NCBI GenBank assembly: GCA_964384785.1
Contig: CAYLLH010000077.1
Location: 1 to 52,261 of the forward strand
Source: an uncultured Thermoplasmatales archaeon
Lineage (GTDB): Archaea > Thermoplasmatota > E2 > DHVEG-1
Direction: 5' to 3'
Length of the DNA: 52,261 nucleotides
Part shown: piece after piece, positions 38,412-47,219 of the stretch
How positions within the stretch are numbered: the stretch's first letter is position 1
Layout of the letters: every line of letters begins with the position of its first letter
The notes under the pieces: generated by a model
The model's input: only the letters and a program-made list of their open reading frames with translations
What the model was told of the DNA's origin: nothing
The model's database searches: none
Translations under genes and position numbers: made by a program

Positions 38412-39592
38412 AGCTGCCCCTCCACAAGTTTATCAATATTTTGAAAAGCTACTTTTTGTTTACAGAAACCTGGTAAATATTTCGCTGCTTTGCCACTATT
38501 AACACCAGTGGTATGATACCCCATCTGCTCAATTGGGCTTACAACCATACAGGTATCAGCTACAATGTTACCTCCAGCTTTTACTATAATATCATTATAA
38601 CCCATGCGTTCAGCTGCCTCTTTGACCATACGGCTTGTACAAATCCAAACAGGTTTTTTAAGTTTCTTTCCCTCAAGTTTTTCTGAAAGTCTTGATATTT
38701 CTTTTAGCGAGGCATGAGGGCATCCCAATATCACAATGTCAGGATTATTCCCAGAGCTGAGTTCTTTATAGGCATTGTCAATATCTTTTTGTGTAACCGT
38801 TATCTTTTCAAGATTTTTTTTATCAACCTGATCTGCTTCAGGTGTCAGATCTTTAACATGATAAATAGCTACAGCTCCGCTAGCTGCCATAGCCGCACCA
38901 AGACTTTTGAGTTGATCAGTATCAGCGTTTTTTATACCAGTAAAATAAGGAATCTTGTTTTTTACTTCTTTACCAACAATATAGCCCAGTGCACCGAAAT
39001 CAGAGTTAAAATTTACATCTGCTTCAACTTTTATTTCATAATCCGGCTGACGGTTCTCCCAGAGATGAAGACCATAATTTGCAGTCCTGCCACATAATGC
39101 AGCTGCAAGAGCACTAGGTCCTCCTTCTCGGTTTGTACGAGCACCGATAACACTGTTTGAAAAACTAACTGCACTGCTTTCACTCCATGCAATATGCTCT
39201 CGGAAACGTGGTAGATTCCCTGCAAGGTATGGTGTGCAAGTACTAGTTACAACGATTCCCATTTTTTTAAAAGCATCCATAATACGAAGCTGATTTTTTG
39301 CAAAATCTTTTGGAAAACCAAGTTTTTTCCAGTTTTCCAAATCCATACCAGCTGGATTAAGATAAGTTAAAACCTTAACTTTAGCATTTTTACCAGCCAT
39401 ATCTTCAAGGAATTCTGTTCCCGGGTCACCAATTGATTTATAGGAGACTCCTGCAACCTGAACTGATCCAACTGGTATCATCTTATCAGCACCATAGATC
39501 TCACCAAGTCGAACAAGCAATCTAAACATTCGTTCCATTACTTCGCCTTGTTCACCATCAAGGATTTGTTCTTCTTTTTTTGTAAGATACAT
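38408..39592 (-). CDS. Aconitase X large subunit; phosphomevalonate dehydratase large subunit (DUF521)
   Basis: GVSYKSIGD, CTPY, WSESSA, ARTNRE, GCPH, DTCMVVSP, NSGKAA.Y; context of mvk and ubiD. Confidence 0.9.
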   Translation of the reverse strand: MYLTKKEEQILDGEQGEVMERMFRLLVRLGEIYGADKMIPVGSVQVAGVSYKSIGDPGTEFLEDMAGKNAKVKVLTYLNPAGMDLENWKKLGFPKDFAKNQLRIMDAFKKMGIVVTSTCTPYLAGNLPRFREHIAWSESSAVSFSNSVIGARTNREGGPSALAAALCGRTANYGLHLWENRQPDYEIKVEADVNFNSDFGALGYIVGKEVKNKIPYFTGIKNADTDQLKSLGAAMAASGAVAIYHVKDLTPEADQVDKKNLEKITVTQKDIDNAYKELSSGNNPDIVILGCPHASLKEISRLSEKLEGKKLKKPVWICTSRMVKEAAERMGYNDIIVKAGGNIVADTCMVVSPIEQMGYHTTGVNSGKAAKYLPGFCKQKVAFQNIDKLVEGQL

Positions 39593-39678
39593 AAATAATC
39601 ATTTCTCCCCTTAAATAAGAATATTCTCTCTTTTTGTTAATAACAAAATCGTTATTTTATTGTTTTTGTTATATTGCA

Positions 39679-41067
39679 TTATGTTTCTAAATAACTAATT
39701 AGAAATTCATCCCATTTTGTATCCAGTAAAAACTCATGTTCTCCATATGATTTAGGAAGATTTCCACTGTAACCCGTATAATAATTATATAATCTCATTG
39801 TTTCCGGAAAATGAATGCTAAGACCGTGTGCTCTGTCAATATCTGTTTTTTTTATTTCTGGAATGGTCTTGTTCAAGTTTTCAATTACATCATCGCATAA
39901 TTTTTTTAGATAATCTTCATTTGTATTATTTTTTAAATTATCAACAAAATCATATAGGTCAACAAAGCAATCATAAGCAAAAATTTCAAAACTATATCTT
40001 GTATATATTATCCATAGTTTTTTGAATTTACAATTACATTTACCATATTCAATTGTTTGGTTTCTTGCTTTATTTACTGTTTTTTTGGTTTCCTCTGTCG
40101 ATATATGTAATAAGAGATATTCTGAAAGATTATCAACAGAATTTTTTAAAGTAACAATTTTACTATTATCGATAACAGCTGTTGAGGTATGGTGTTTAAC
40201 TGTATGTAAAGCTTTGATTGAAAGATTATTAAAAAACCTGTTTAACCAGGGTAGTTTTTTATTTTTGTATTCTTCATAATAATAAAAAGATTCAGGATCC
40301 AAATTTTCTGGTGCTTTACATGAAAATTCAAGGGGTGTCATAGAGGTATTGTTATGTAGATCTCGTAATGCATCTGTAAACTGTGGAATTACAGTTTTTT
40401 CCGGAAAACAGTCTTGCATTCCAATAATATAATCAACTTTATCTCTAAGCTCATATGCAAATTCGATCATACCATTTGCACATGATACAAATAAGACATC
40501 AATTATTGAACCAGTTTTTTCATTAACTTTTCCAAAAACTTCCGCTAGTTTAGGGATAGATACTCCACTACTTCCATCTGAACTATCGCGTATACAAAAT
40601 TCTTGCCAACCTCTACCTCCTGAAATATGTGGGATCAATGCATAATTTTCTGCAGGATAATGATTAATAGTTTTTGTACAGAAAATTTCTAATGTATTGG
40701 GGTTACTTGTATCAACTTCATCCGGCCAATTAAAAACAGAGTTAAGATTTATTTTTTTACCTGTTTTATTAATATAAATTATTTCTGAATCCCCTGTTTC
40801 TAATCCATCAAAACATACAACTAAATTTAGGTCTTCATTCGATCCTATTTTTGTGAGGTTTCCAAACATATCTTCTTTGTAGATATACATTGGGTCATTA
40901 TCATAGCATAAATAATACATCACAGTCCATTTTTTAATATCTTTTTCATTAGAGGAGATTTTTATACTTTTTTTATCAGTGTTAAATTTTTTTCCAAAAG
41001 TAACATTTGAAAACAAAAAAATCGCAATTAGAAGTATTGCCAACAATTTATAGTTCATTTTTATCAA
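39679..41067 (-). CDS. Secreted clostripain-like (peptidase C11) protein
   Basis: Signal peptide; WTVMYY..DN, NL.V.FD, E.D...P.TL..F, YPA.NYALI, C..GM.E.AY, VDLYDF, GLSI.FP, W.EF. Confidence 0.8.
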   Translation of the reverse strand: MIKMNYKLLAILLIAIFLFSNVTFGKKFNTDKKSIKISSNEKDIKKWTVMYYLCYDNDPMYIYKEDMFGNLTKIGSNEDLNLVVCFDGLETGDSEIIYINKTGKKINLNSVFNWPDEVDTSNPNTLEIFCTKTINHYPAENYALIPHISGGRGWQEFCIRDSSDGSSGVSIPKLAEVFGKVNEKTGSIIDVLFVSCANGMIEFAYELRDKVDYIIGMQDCFPEKTVIPQFTDALRDLHNNTSMTPLEFSCKAPENLDPESFYYYEEYKNKKLPWLNRFFNNLSIKALHTVKHHTSTAVIDNSKIVTLKNSVDNLSEYLLLHISTEETKKTVNKARNQTIEYGKCNCKFKKLWIIYTRYSFEIFAYDCFVDLYDFVDNLKNNTNEDYLKKLCDDVIENLNKTIPEIKKTDIDRAHGLSIHFPETMRLYNYYTGYSGNLPKSYGEHEFLLDTKWDEFLISYLET

Positions 41068-41144
41068 TATGTTATATAATCATATATTTATAAATCTTAA
41101 GTATTGGATAACATTCAAATTTGTTGATTCTATAATTAGATAAA

Positions 41145-41462
41145 TCATAATTTTTTCTCTAAAAGCTTACAGTTTTTGATTACTTCATCTATTTCTTTTT
41201 TTGAAGCATTATTTATATGAATTCCACCTACTGCAACCACGACCTTTTTATATTTCCTGCAGGCTTTTTCTGCAATAGGCTTTATAACAATATGGTCCTT
41301 ATGAGTTCCATATTTTAAAATCTGGCATTTTTTATTTGGTACGCATAAAATAGTTGTACCAATATGGGATTTCTCCCCGCCACCAACAATTATTAAAAGA
41401 TCATCTTCAATTTTTTGTTTTTTAAGCCAAACTTTGGTTTTTCCATTACCTGAGGTAATCAT
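41145..41462 (-). CDS. LpdD-like protein (putative prenylated-FMN chaperone)
   Basis: DLLI.V.GG...HIG, HKD, V...GIH.NNA...EI pattern of the LpdD family; overlaps the UbiD gene by 17 nt. Start ATG 41462. Confidence 0.7.
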   Translation of the reverse strand: MITSGNGKTKVWLKKQKIEDDLLIIVGGGEKSHIGTTILCVPNKKCQILKYGTHKDHIVIKPIAEKACRKYKKVVVAVGGIHINNASKKEIDEVIKNCKLLEKKL

Positions 41463-42756
41463 CCAAATCAACTTTTTTGTAGGTTACTGTTTCATATTTT
41501 TCTTTATCTATATCAGATGGAATGGTTGCATCAACACCGACTTTTGCAGTACGTGTTTTTTTACCAGGCTCATGAATACCAGATGGATCTAATGAACTAC
41601 CAGGTTGGTCTTTTTTAACTACAAGGTCTTTATCTGCTTGAAAACGAGTGGCTATAGCCCATTCAACCGCCTCAGGATCATAAATATCTACATCTTCGTC
41701 AACTATAACCACATGTTTCATACTTCCATGTCCTAAAAATGCTGCATCAATAGCTTTTTTTGGGTCATCAGGTTTTTTCTTTTTAATTTGTACTATTCCA
41801 TGTAGCCAGCTGCCGCCACCGATGGTTACAAGTACATTTTTACAGTCACAAACTTTGTTCACCTCATTGTAAATAGTAGGCTCTTTGGGCATTCCCATAA
41901 GTGTTTTATGTTCCAAACGACCCGGGATCAAAGCTTGATACATTGCATCTTTTCTATGAGTGATACAGTCAACTACAAACACTGGTTCTTGACGTTCGAA
42001 ATCACGAGTTTCAGTTAAATCAACAAATGGGCCTTCCTTGTCTAATTCACGTGTTAAACGTCCTTCAAAAACAAACTCTGACTCCGCTGGAACCTCCAAG
42101 TCTTTTGTTTTACATTTAACCATTGGTGTTTCATCAAGGGCATTAGCGATACTAAACTCATCAACATCAGCGGGAGGTCCTAATGATGCTGCAACCATCA
42201 CAGGGACACTGTTACCTATGCATACAGCCATCTCAAGATCTTCATCGATTTTATCATAAGTAGTACGAGTCTGTCTTTTTTTTATAAGACGTGCAGTAAA
42301 ACGATTTTTTCCTACTTGCATAAGGCGATGATAACTAACATTACGGCCAGAATCAGGATCTTTAATAGTTGCAACCGTAGCAGAACCATACCGCCCGCCA
42401 TCACCTTTTAAATGATACAGAATCGGAATCTTATCTAGATCAGGTTTATCAATCACGACTTCTTGACAAGGAGCATTATTTACAATCTCAGGTTTTTTTG
42501 GATTATTTAAAGCATCAGCAAGTTTAAACAAAAGTTCTTCTTTTTTTGTTCCCAATCCTTCAGCTATGATATCACGGTTGCTTGTGATACCTGAAAAAAC
42601 TGGGTAATCAAAACCTTTAACATTATCAAAAATAACAGGTTGTTCATCAAGTGAATAAATAACATTAGCTACTTCATATTCATGTGATACTGGTTTTTTT
42701 ATCCGTGTTAGTTTACCCTCTTTTTCTAGTTTTTTTAAAAAATCACGAAGGAGCAT
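41446..42756 (-). CDS. UbiD-family decarboxylase, probable trans-anhydromevalonate 5-phosphate decarboxylase
   Basis: NVSYHR, EGPFVD, GGGSWLH, K.V..VD.D.D, EWA.ATRFQ, SSLDPS, G.DAT; start directly abuts the mvk stop; aconitase X nearby. Confidence 0.88.
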   Translation of the reverse strand: MLLRDFLKKLEKEGKLTRIKKPVSHEYEVANVIYSLDEQPVIFDNVKGFDYPVFSGITSNRDIIAEGLGTKKEELLFKLADALNNPKKPEIVNNAPCQEVVIDKPDLDKIPILYHLKGDGGRYGSATVATIKDPDSGRNVSYHRLMQVGKNRFTARLIKKRQTRTTYDKIDEDLEMAVCIGNSVPVMVAASLGPPADVDEFSIANALDETPMVKCKTKDLEVPAESEFVFEGRLTRELDKEGPFVDLTETRDFERQEPVFVVDCITHRKDAMYQALIPGRLEHKTLMGMPKEPTIYNEVNKVCDCKNVLVTIGGGSWLHGIVQIKKKKPDDPKKAIDAAFLGHGSMKHVVIVDEDVDIYDPEAVEWAIATRFQADKDLVVKKDQPGSSLDPSGIHEPGKKTRTAKVGVDATIPSDIDKEKYETVTYKKVDLDDYLR

Positions 42757-43707
42757 CTACCTGTTACCATCCCTTCTTGCGCCAACCACGGTTTTCACGG
42801 TTTGAAAACCTTCTTTTTCAATAGCTGTTGCAACTTCATCCTGAAGATCACGACCAGGGGTTAAAGCTATCATATTTCCACCAAGTCCTCCACCAGTTAG
42901 TTTTGCTCCATAGGCTCCATGATCACGTGCAAGTTTAACAAGAAAATCTAGTTCTTTACTAGAGACATCTATCTGCTGAAGGAGTTTATGGTTTTCATCC
43001 ATTAGTTTACCTATTTCTTTTATATCCTCATTTTGAAAAGCATCTTTAGCTAGGTATGCTATGTTTTCAGCTCTATTGAAAATTTCTTTGTATTTCTCAG
43101 GTTCTTTTTCTTTTCTTTCTTTTACACCAGCAACAGCTGCAGCAGTATCTGCTACTTTCCCAGTATTACCTATAACTATTTCAACTGGTCTAGCAACAGA
43201 AATAGGATCTATTACTTTCCCGTCTTCTTTTTGAAACCAGATGAGTCCTCCAAAAGTTGATGCTGCGTTATCAACACCAGAGGGTGTTCCATGATATCCT
43301 TTTTCTCCTTCATAGGCAATATTATTTATTTCTTCATCTGATAGATCTAAAGTAAAATGGTCATCTAAAGCTCTAGCTATTGCCACACAGGATGCTGCAC
43401 TAGCGCCTATTCCACTAGCACAATACAAGTTACCTTCTAAAACAATATTTACTCCTTTTTTTGATAAATCCAGATTCATTTTATTGACAATGTTATCAAT
43501 CGACACCTTTTGCTGATCTATCTTATCTTCCTTATACTTTGGAGTTGCTTTTCTATTATCCTCTAGATGCCATCCTGGTTTATCAGATTCCTCAACTTTT
43601 GCCACAGTATACTTTCCTATTGCGGAAACAATAGATGGTACACCATAGACTACAAAATGTTCATTAAACAAAATAGCTTTTCCAAAACCTATACCCTCGC
43701 CCGTCAT
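42757..43707 (-). CDS. mvk: Mevalonate kinase (GHMP family)
   Basis: GKAILFNEHFVVYG, SGIGASAA, HGTPSGVDN, GAKLTGGG.GG. Confidence 0.93.
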   Translation of the reverse strand: MTGEGIGFGKAILFNEHFVVYGVPSIVSAIGKYTVAKVEESDKPGWHLEDNRKATPKYKEDKIDQQKVSIDNIVNKMNLDLSKKGVNIVLEGNLYCASGIGASAASCVAIARALDDHFTLDLSDEEINNIAYEGEKGYHGTPSGVDNAASTFGGLIWFQKEDGKVIDPISVARPVEIVIGNTGKVADTAAAVAGVKERKEKEPEKYKEIFNRAENIAYLAKDAFQNEDIKEIGKLMDENHKLLQQIDVSSKELDFLVKLARDHGAYGAKLTGGGLGGNMIALTPGRDLQDEVATAIEKEGFQTVKTVVGARRDGNR

Positions 43708-43818
43708 AAAACATCACATATTATCTGAGATTTCTTCGGTATATTCTCCATTTTTTTTTGCATTCCTGAAATACCATAAACAGTATATGATTTTTATGTT
43801 TAATAAAACCAACATATT

Positions 43819-44781
43819 TTAAAAAGTTTTTTTAGGTTTCACCTCTGTTAGTGAAGCAAAAAAACCTGCAACACCCATCGACATATCAGTTATTAAAAAA
43901 CCCAAGAGTGATACAACAAAAACTTCAGCACCGCCCACATCATATAGGGTTGTAAAAATAAAAACTGCAGCAAATTCTCTTGTTCCTATCCCTCCAAAAC
44001 TGATTGGTATAAAACTTATAACATTAGCAACAGTAAACAGTAATAAAAAATGCAGATAAGGAATCTCTAAATTCAACGCTATTACTAAAATGTAATATTG
44101 ACTAAAAATTAAAATCCATGTTGTAATCCCAAGAAGAAACGGAAAAAATAAATTACGTATTTTTGGAAAATCTTCATAAAATGTTCCAACAAAATCATTT
44201 AAAATATTTTTAGCTTTTTTTGGAACAAAATATTTAATTAAAAACCCTAAAATTTTTTCTCCTCTGTTCTTATTTACAAAAAACAATATGAAAACAAAAA
44301 ATGTTACAACCCAGATTATAACACCATAAAAAACCTGAGGAAGAGACGTTGATATAAGTAACGCCCCAAAAAGTAGCATAATATAAAGCGAAGATGTGTG
44401 AACCGCGGTTTCCATAAATGTATTTATGAAAAGTTTACCATATGGTTCACCAGTTTTTTCTTTCATATATGGTATACGAACCATTTGACCTGTGTAACCT
44501 GGTGTTATACATCCATAAAACAAGCCTATAAGAAGAATTTTTAATGATTTAAAATAACTAAGTTTTATTTTCTGCTCTTTTTGTATTAGCCTCCATGCAT
44601 AGTTTCTAATTAAAGCACGAGGTATTGTTATACACAAAGATAAAACTATGAAAACAGGTTTAACTGCAAGAAAAGCTTCCTTAATATCCTGCAAATCTAA
44701 ACTATATATCACATATGTAAAAAGAATTAAACCAATTATAGGAAGAAATTTTTTCGCATGTTTGAAAATTTTTAATTCCAT
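43819..44781 (-). CDS. Flippase-like membrane protein (UPF0104 family)
   Basis: IG.FYG.ITPG..G...R..Y, IPISFGGIGTRE; multiple TM helices. Confidence 0.85.
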   Translation of the reverse strand: MELKIFKHAKKFLPIIGLILFTYVIYSLDLQDIKEAFLAVKPVFIVLSLCITIPRALIRNYAWRLIQKEQKIKLSYFKSLKILLIGLFYGCITPGYTGQMVRIPYMKEKTGEPYGKLFINTFMETAVHTSSLYIMLLFGALLISTSLPQVFYGVIIWVVTFFVFILFFVNKNRGEKILGFLIKYFVPKKAKNILNDFVGTFYEDFPKIRNLFFPFLLGITTWILIFSQYYILVIALNLEIPYLHFLLLFTVANVISFIPISFGGIGTREFAAVFIFTTLYDVGGAEVFVVSLLGFLITDMSMGVAGFFASLTEVKPKKTF

Positions 44782-44903
44782 TTATAGTAGGGATAACCTA
44801 TTGTTTTTTATGTATTCTCATAATTTTTTATCCTTTTTAGTTTGTACAAAAATTTATTTATAACATATCTTTTTAAAACCATATATAAAGGAAGATATCT
44901 AAC

Positions 44904-45479
44904 ATGGGGGATTTTTACAGAAAATATAACAATTTTTACTGGAGGATCATAGATTATCTATCATATAAAATTGAAAAAATAGGGCAGTTTTACGAGAAAA
45001 ATATTGGCAATCAATATATCAAAGAAAGCCAGTTTTTTGATATCTCAAAATCAAAAAAAATACTACATATCGGATGTGGATCATATCCTTTAACAGCTAT
45101 CATACTTGCAAAAAAATTTAATAAAAAAGTATCTGCAATAGACCGAAATCCAAAAGCTGTTGAAAAAGCAAAAAAAATAGTTAAGAAAAAAAACCTTCAA
45201 GATAAAATCAATGTTTTTTGTGCTGATGGGAAAAACTATCAAATAAATGGATATGACACGGTTATAATTTCAGGTTGTACAATTCCTTTTGAAAAGATTA
45301 TGTTAAATGTTTTTAAAACAACAGAACCCGGTAGTAGAATTATTTCAAGAGTTTCATCAGATGAAAAACAAAAAATCAATGATATGATTCATTGTTTTGA
45401 GAATATTTCAGTTTTAAACCATATAGTTAATTGTTCTTTTCCATTTAAATGGGATTCCTACATGTTTCATAAAAAATAA
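44904..45479 (+). CDS. Class I SAM-dependent transferase (nicotianamine-synthase-like motif)
   Basis: ILHIGCGSYPLTAI, AID...AV..A, ADG, YD.VI, I..R. Confidence 0.75.
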   Translation: MGDFYRKYNNFYWRIIDYLSYKIEKIGQFYEKNIGNQYIKESQFFDISKSKKILHIGCGSYPLTAIILAKKFNKKVSAIDRNPKAVEKAKKIVKKKNLQDKINVFCADGKNYQINGYDTVIISGCTIPFEKIMLNVFKTTEPGSRIISRVSSDEKQKINDMIHCFENISVLNHIVNCSFPFKWDSYMFHKK

Positions 45480-45542
45480 TTATTTTATTTCTGTTTAATG
45501 TTTATATAAAATAAATCCTTTTTTGTTTTTTAGAATATTATA

Positions 45543-47210
45543 ATGAAAAACTTAAACTCCAAGATTAAAAAAATTATAAATTTTTTTCCAATTGTTGGAT
45601 TAATAATCTTAATCTATATTTTATCAACTATTGATCTTGCAAAAATTTTAGAGGTTTTTTCTAAAATTAATCCTTTTTATTCTTTTTTAGCTTTATTCTC
45701 AGTATTACCTGTGGTTTTACTTTCAAATATTCAATGGCAGATTCTTCTTAAAAAACAAAAAATCAATGTCAGTTTTTTTTATTCTTTAAAAAACATTTTC
45801 ATAGGTTATTTCTATGGTTTTATTACACCCGGAGGCTTTGGGGCGTATACTCGTTCGTTGTATCTGAAAACGGAAAGTGGTTGTTCTCTTCCTAAATGTG
45901 TTTCAAATATTATTATTTTTAACACAATAGATTTTCTTTCACTTCTTCTGCTGGGGATATTTGGGGGTTTAATACTTGGTAGTTTATTTCCATCTATTTT
46001 TTTTGCTTTAATCTTTGTGTTTATTATAGTTGTTTTTTTGTTTTTGTTTTTTCTTAAAAAAGATACATCTAAGTTTTTTTTCAAAAAAATCATACAAAAA
46101 CAGTTTTTTTCAAATTATAAGGATAGACTCTCTGATTCTATAGATGATTTTTATCGTGATCTACCTGGTTTTAAAGATGTTTTTTTGCCTTTTTTGATAT
46201 CTGTTTTTGGTTGGTTGGTTCGTTTTTCTATTTTCTTTTTGATTTCAAGATTGTTTTTGGTTGATGTAGAGTTTTATTATTTTATTTTAATTGTAGCTGT
46301 TGCAAATTTTGTGGGCTCGATACCTGTATCTATTTATGGGTTGGGTACTCGTGATGCTGCTTTGATTTCTCTATTGTCTGTTTTTGGTGTTTATCCTGAA
46401 AAAGTTTTGGCATTGTCTTTGTTTTGGTTTGCTGTTATCTGGTTGTGTCCTAGCGTTATTGGAGCGTTGATTACTTTTTTTGAAACACGTTGTGTTAAAA
46501 AATCTGTTTTATCTGGGGAAAAAGTTGAGAATTTTACTCGTTATATGGAGAGATATCCTGAGTTGTATAGACATCTTGTTTCTTATGTTGAAAAATATTT
46601 AGATAAAAAATCTAAATCATCTGTTGTTCTTGATTTAGGTTGTGGACCGGGTTTGCTTTTAAGGGAAATGGAAGATTTGATTTATATTTCTGATATGATT
46701 GGTTTAGATAAAGATTTTAAAATGCTTGAAATGGCTAAAGAAAAATCCAAAAAACCGGTTTTTATTCAAGGTTTTTCTGATAATATTCCTTTAAAGGATG
46801 ATTCTTGCGATGTGATTGTTTCTCGTTTTAGCCTTACTTATTGGAATAATCCTTTAAGATGTTTTTCTGAGATAAAACGTGTTTTGAAACCGGGTGGTTT
46901 TTTTGTTTTAGAGGCTCTTAATCGTGATTTCTCTTCTTGGAAACTATTTCTTATACGAATTCATATGAGTTTTAAGTTTGCCGGATCTGATGTTGTTCGT
47001 TATCATGTTAAGGCTTATGATTCAGCCTTTAGGAAGAGGGATATTTTGAAACTTTTAGATGATGAAGGTTTTATTGTTAAAGAATCAGAGGGTAATGTTT
47101 CAGATTGGAGATTTATTTTTGTTGCAAAAAATATTAATAAAAAGATTTTTAAACAAATAATATTATATTATTTTTTGATTTGTTTACTAAATTTTTTTTG
47201 GGAGGTGTAA
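45543..47210 (+). CDS. Fusion of a UPF0104 flippase-like TM domain and a C-terminal class I SAM methyltransferase
   Basis: N-part: IGYFYGFITPGG.G, IPVSIYGLGTRD. C-part: VLDLGCGPG, GLD, IP..D.S.D, E..RVLKPGG. Confidence 0.82.
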   Translation: MKNLNSKIKKIINFFPIVGLIILIYILSTIDLAKILEVFSKINPFYSFLALFSVLPVVLLSNIQWQILLKKQKINVSFFYSLKNIFIGYFYGFITPGGFGAYTRSLYLKTESGCSLPKCVSNIIIFNTIDFLSLLLLGIFGGLILGSLFPSIFFALIFVFIIVVFLFLFFLKKDTSKFFFKKIIQKQFFSNYKDRLSDSIDDFYRDLPGFKDVFLPFLISVFGWLVRFSIFFLISRLFLVDVEFYYFILIVAVANFVGSIPVSIYGLGTRDAALISLLSVFGVYPEKVLALSLFWFAVIWLCPSVIGALITFFETRCVKKSVLSGEKVENFTRYMERYPELYRHLVSYVEKYLDKKSKSSVVLDLGCGPGLLLREMEDLIYISDMIGLDKDFKMLEMAKEKSKKPVFIQGFSDNIPLKDDSCDVIVSRFSLTYWNNPLRCFSEIKRVLKPGGFFVLEALNRDFSSWKLFLIRIHMSFKFAGSDVVRYHVKAYDSAFRKRDILKLLDDEGFIVKESEGNVSDWRFIFVAKNINKKIFKQIILYYFLICLLNFFWEV

Positions 47211-47219
47211 ACAAAAATT

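Noticed and set aside
41446-42756. UbiD as a quinone-biosynthesis or aromatic-acid decarboxylase
   Set aside because: Direct coupling to mvk and proximity to both aconitase X subunits favour the mevalonate pathway.
43704-43763. 19-codon minus-strand uORF (MQKKMENIPKKSQIICDVL) ending in an ATGA overlap with mvk
   Set aside because: Too short and motif-free to distinguish from chance without conservation or ribosome data.
45543-46500. Extreme T-richness as evidence of horizontal transfer
   Set aside because: Largely explained by Phe/Leu/Ile/Val codons of a polytopic membrane domain in an AT-rich genome.
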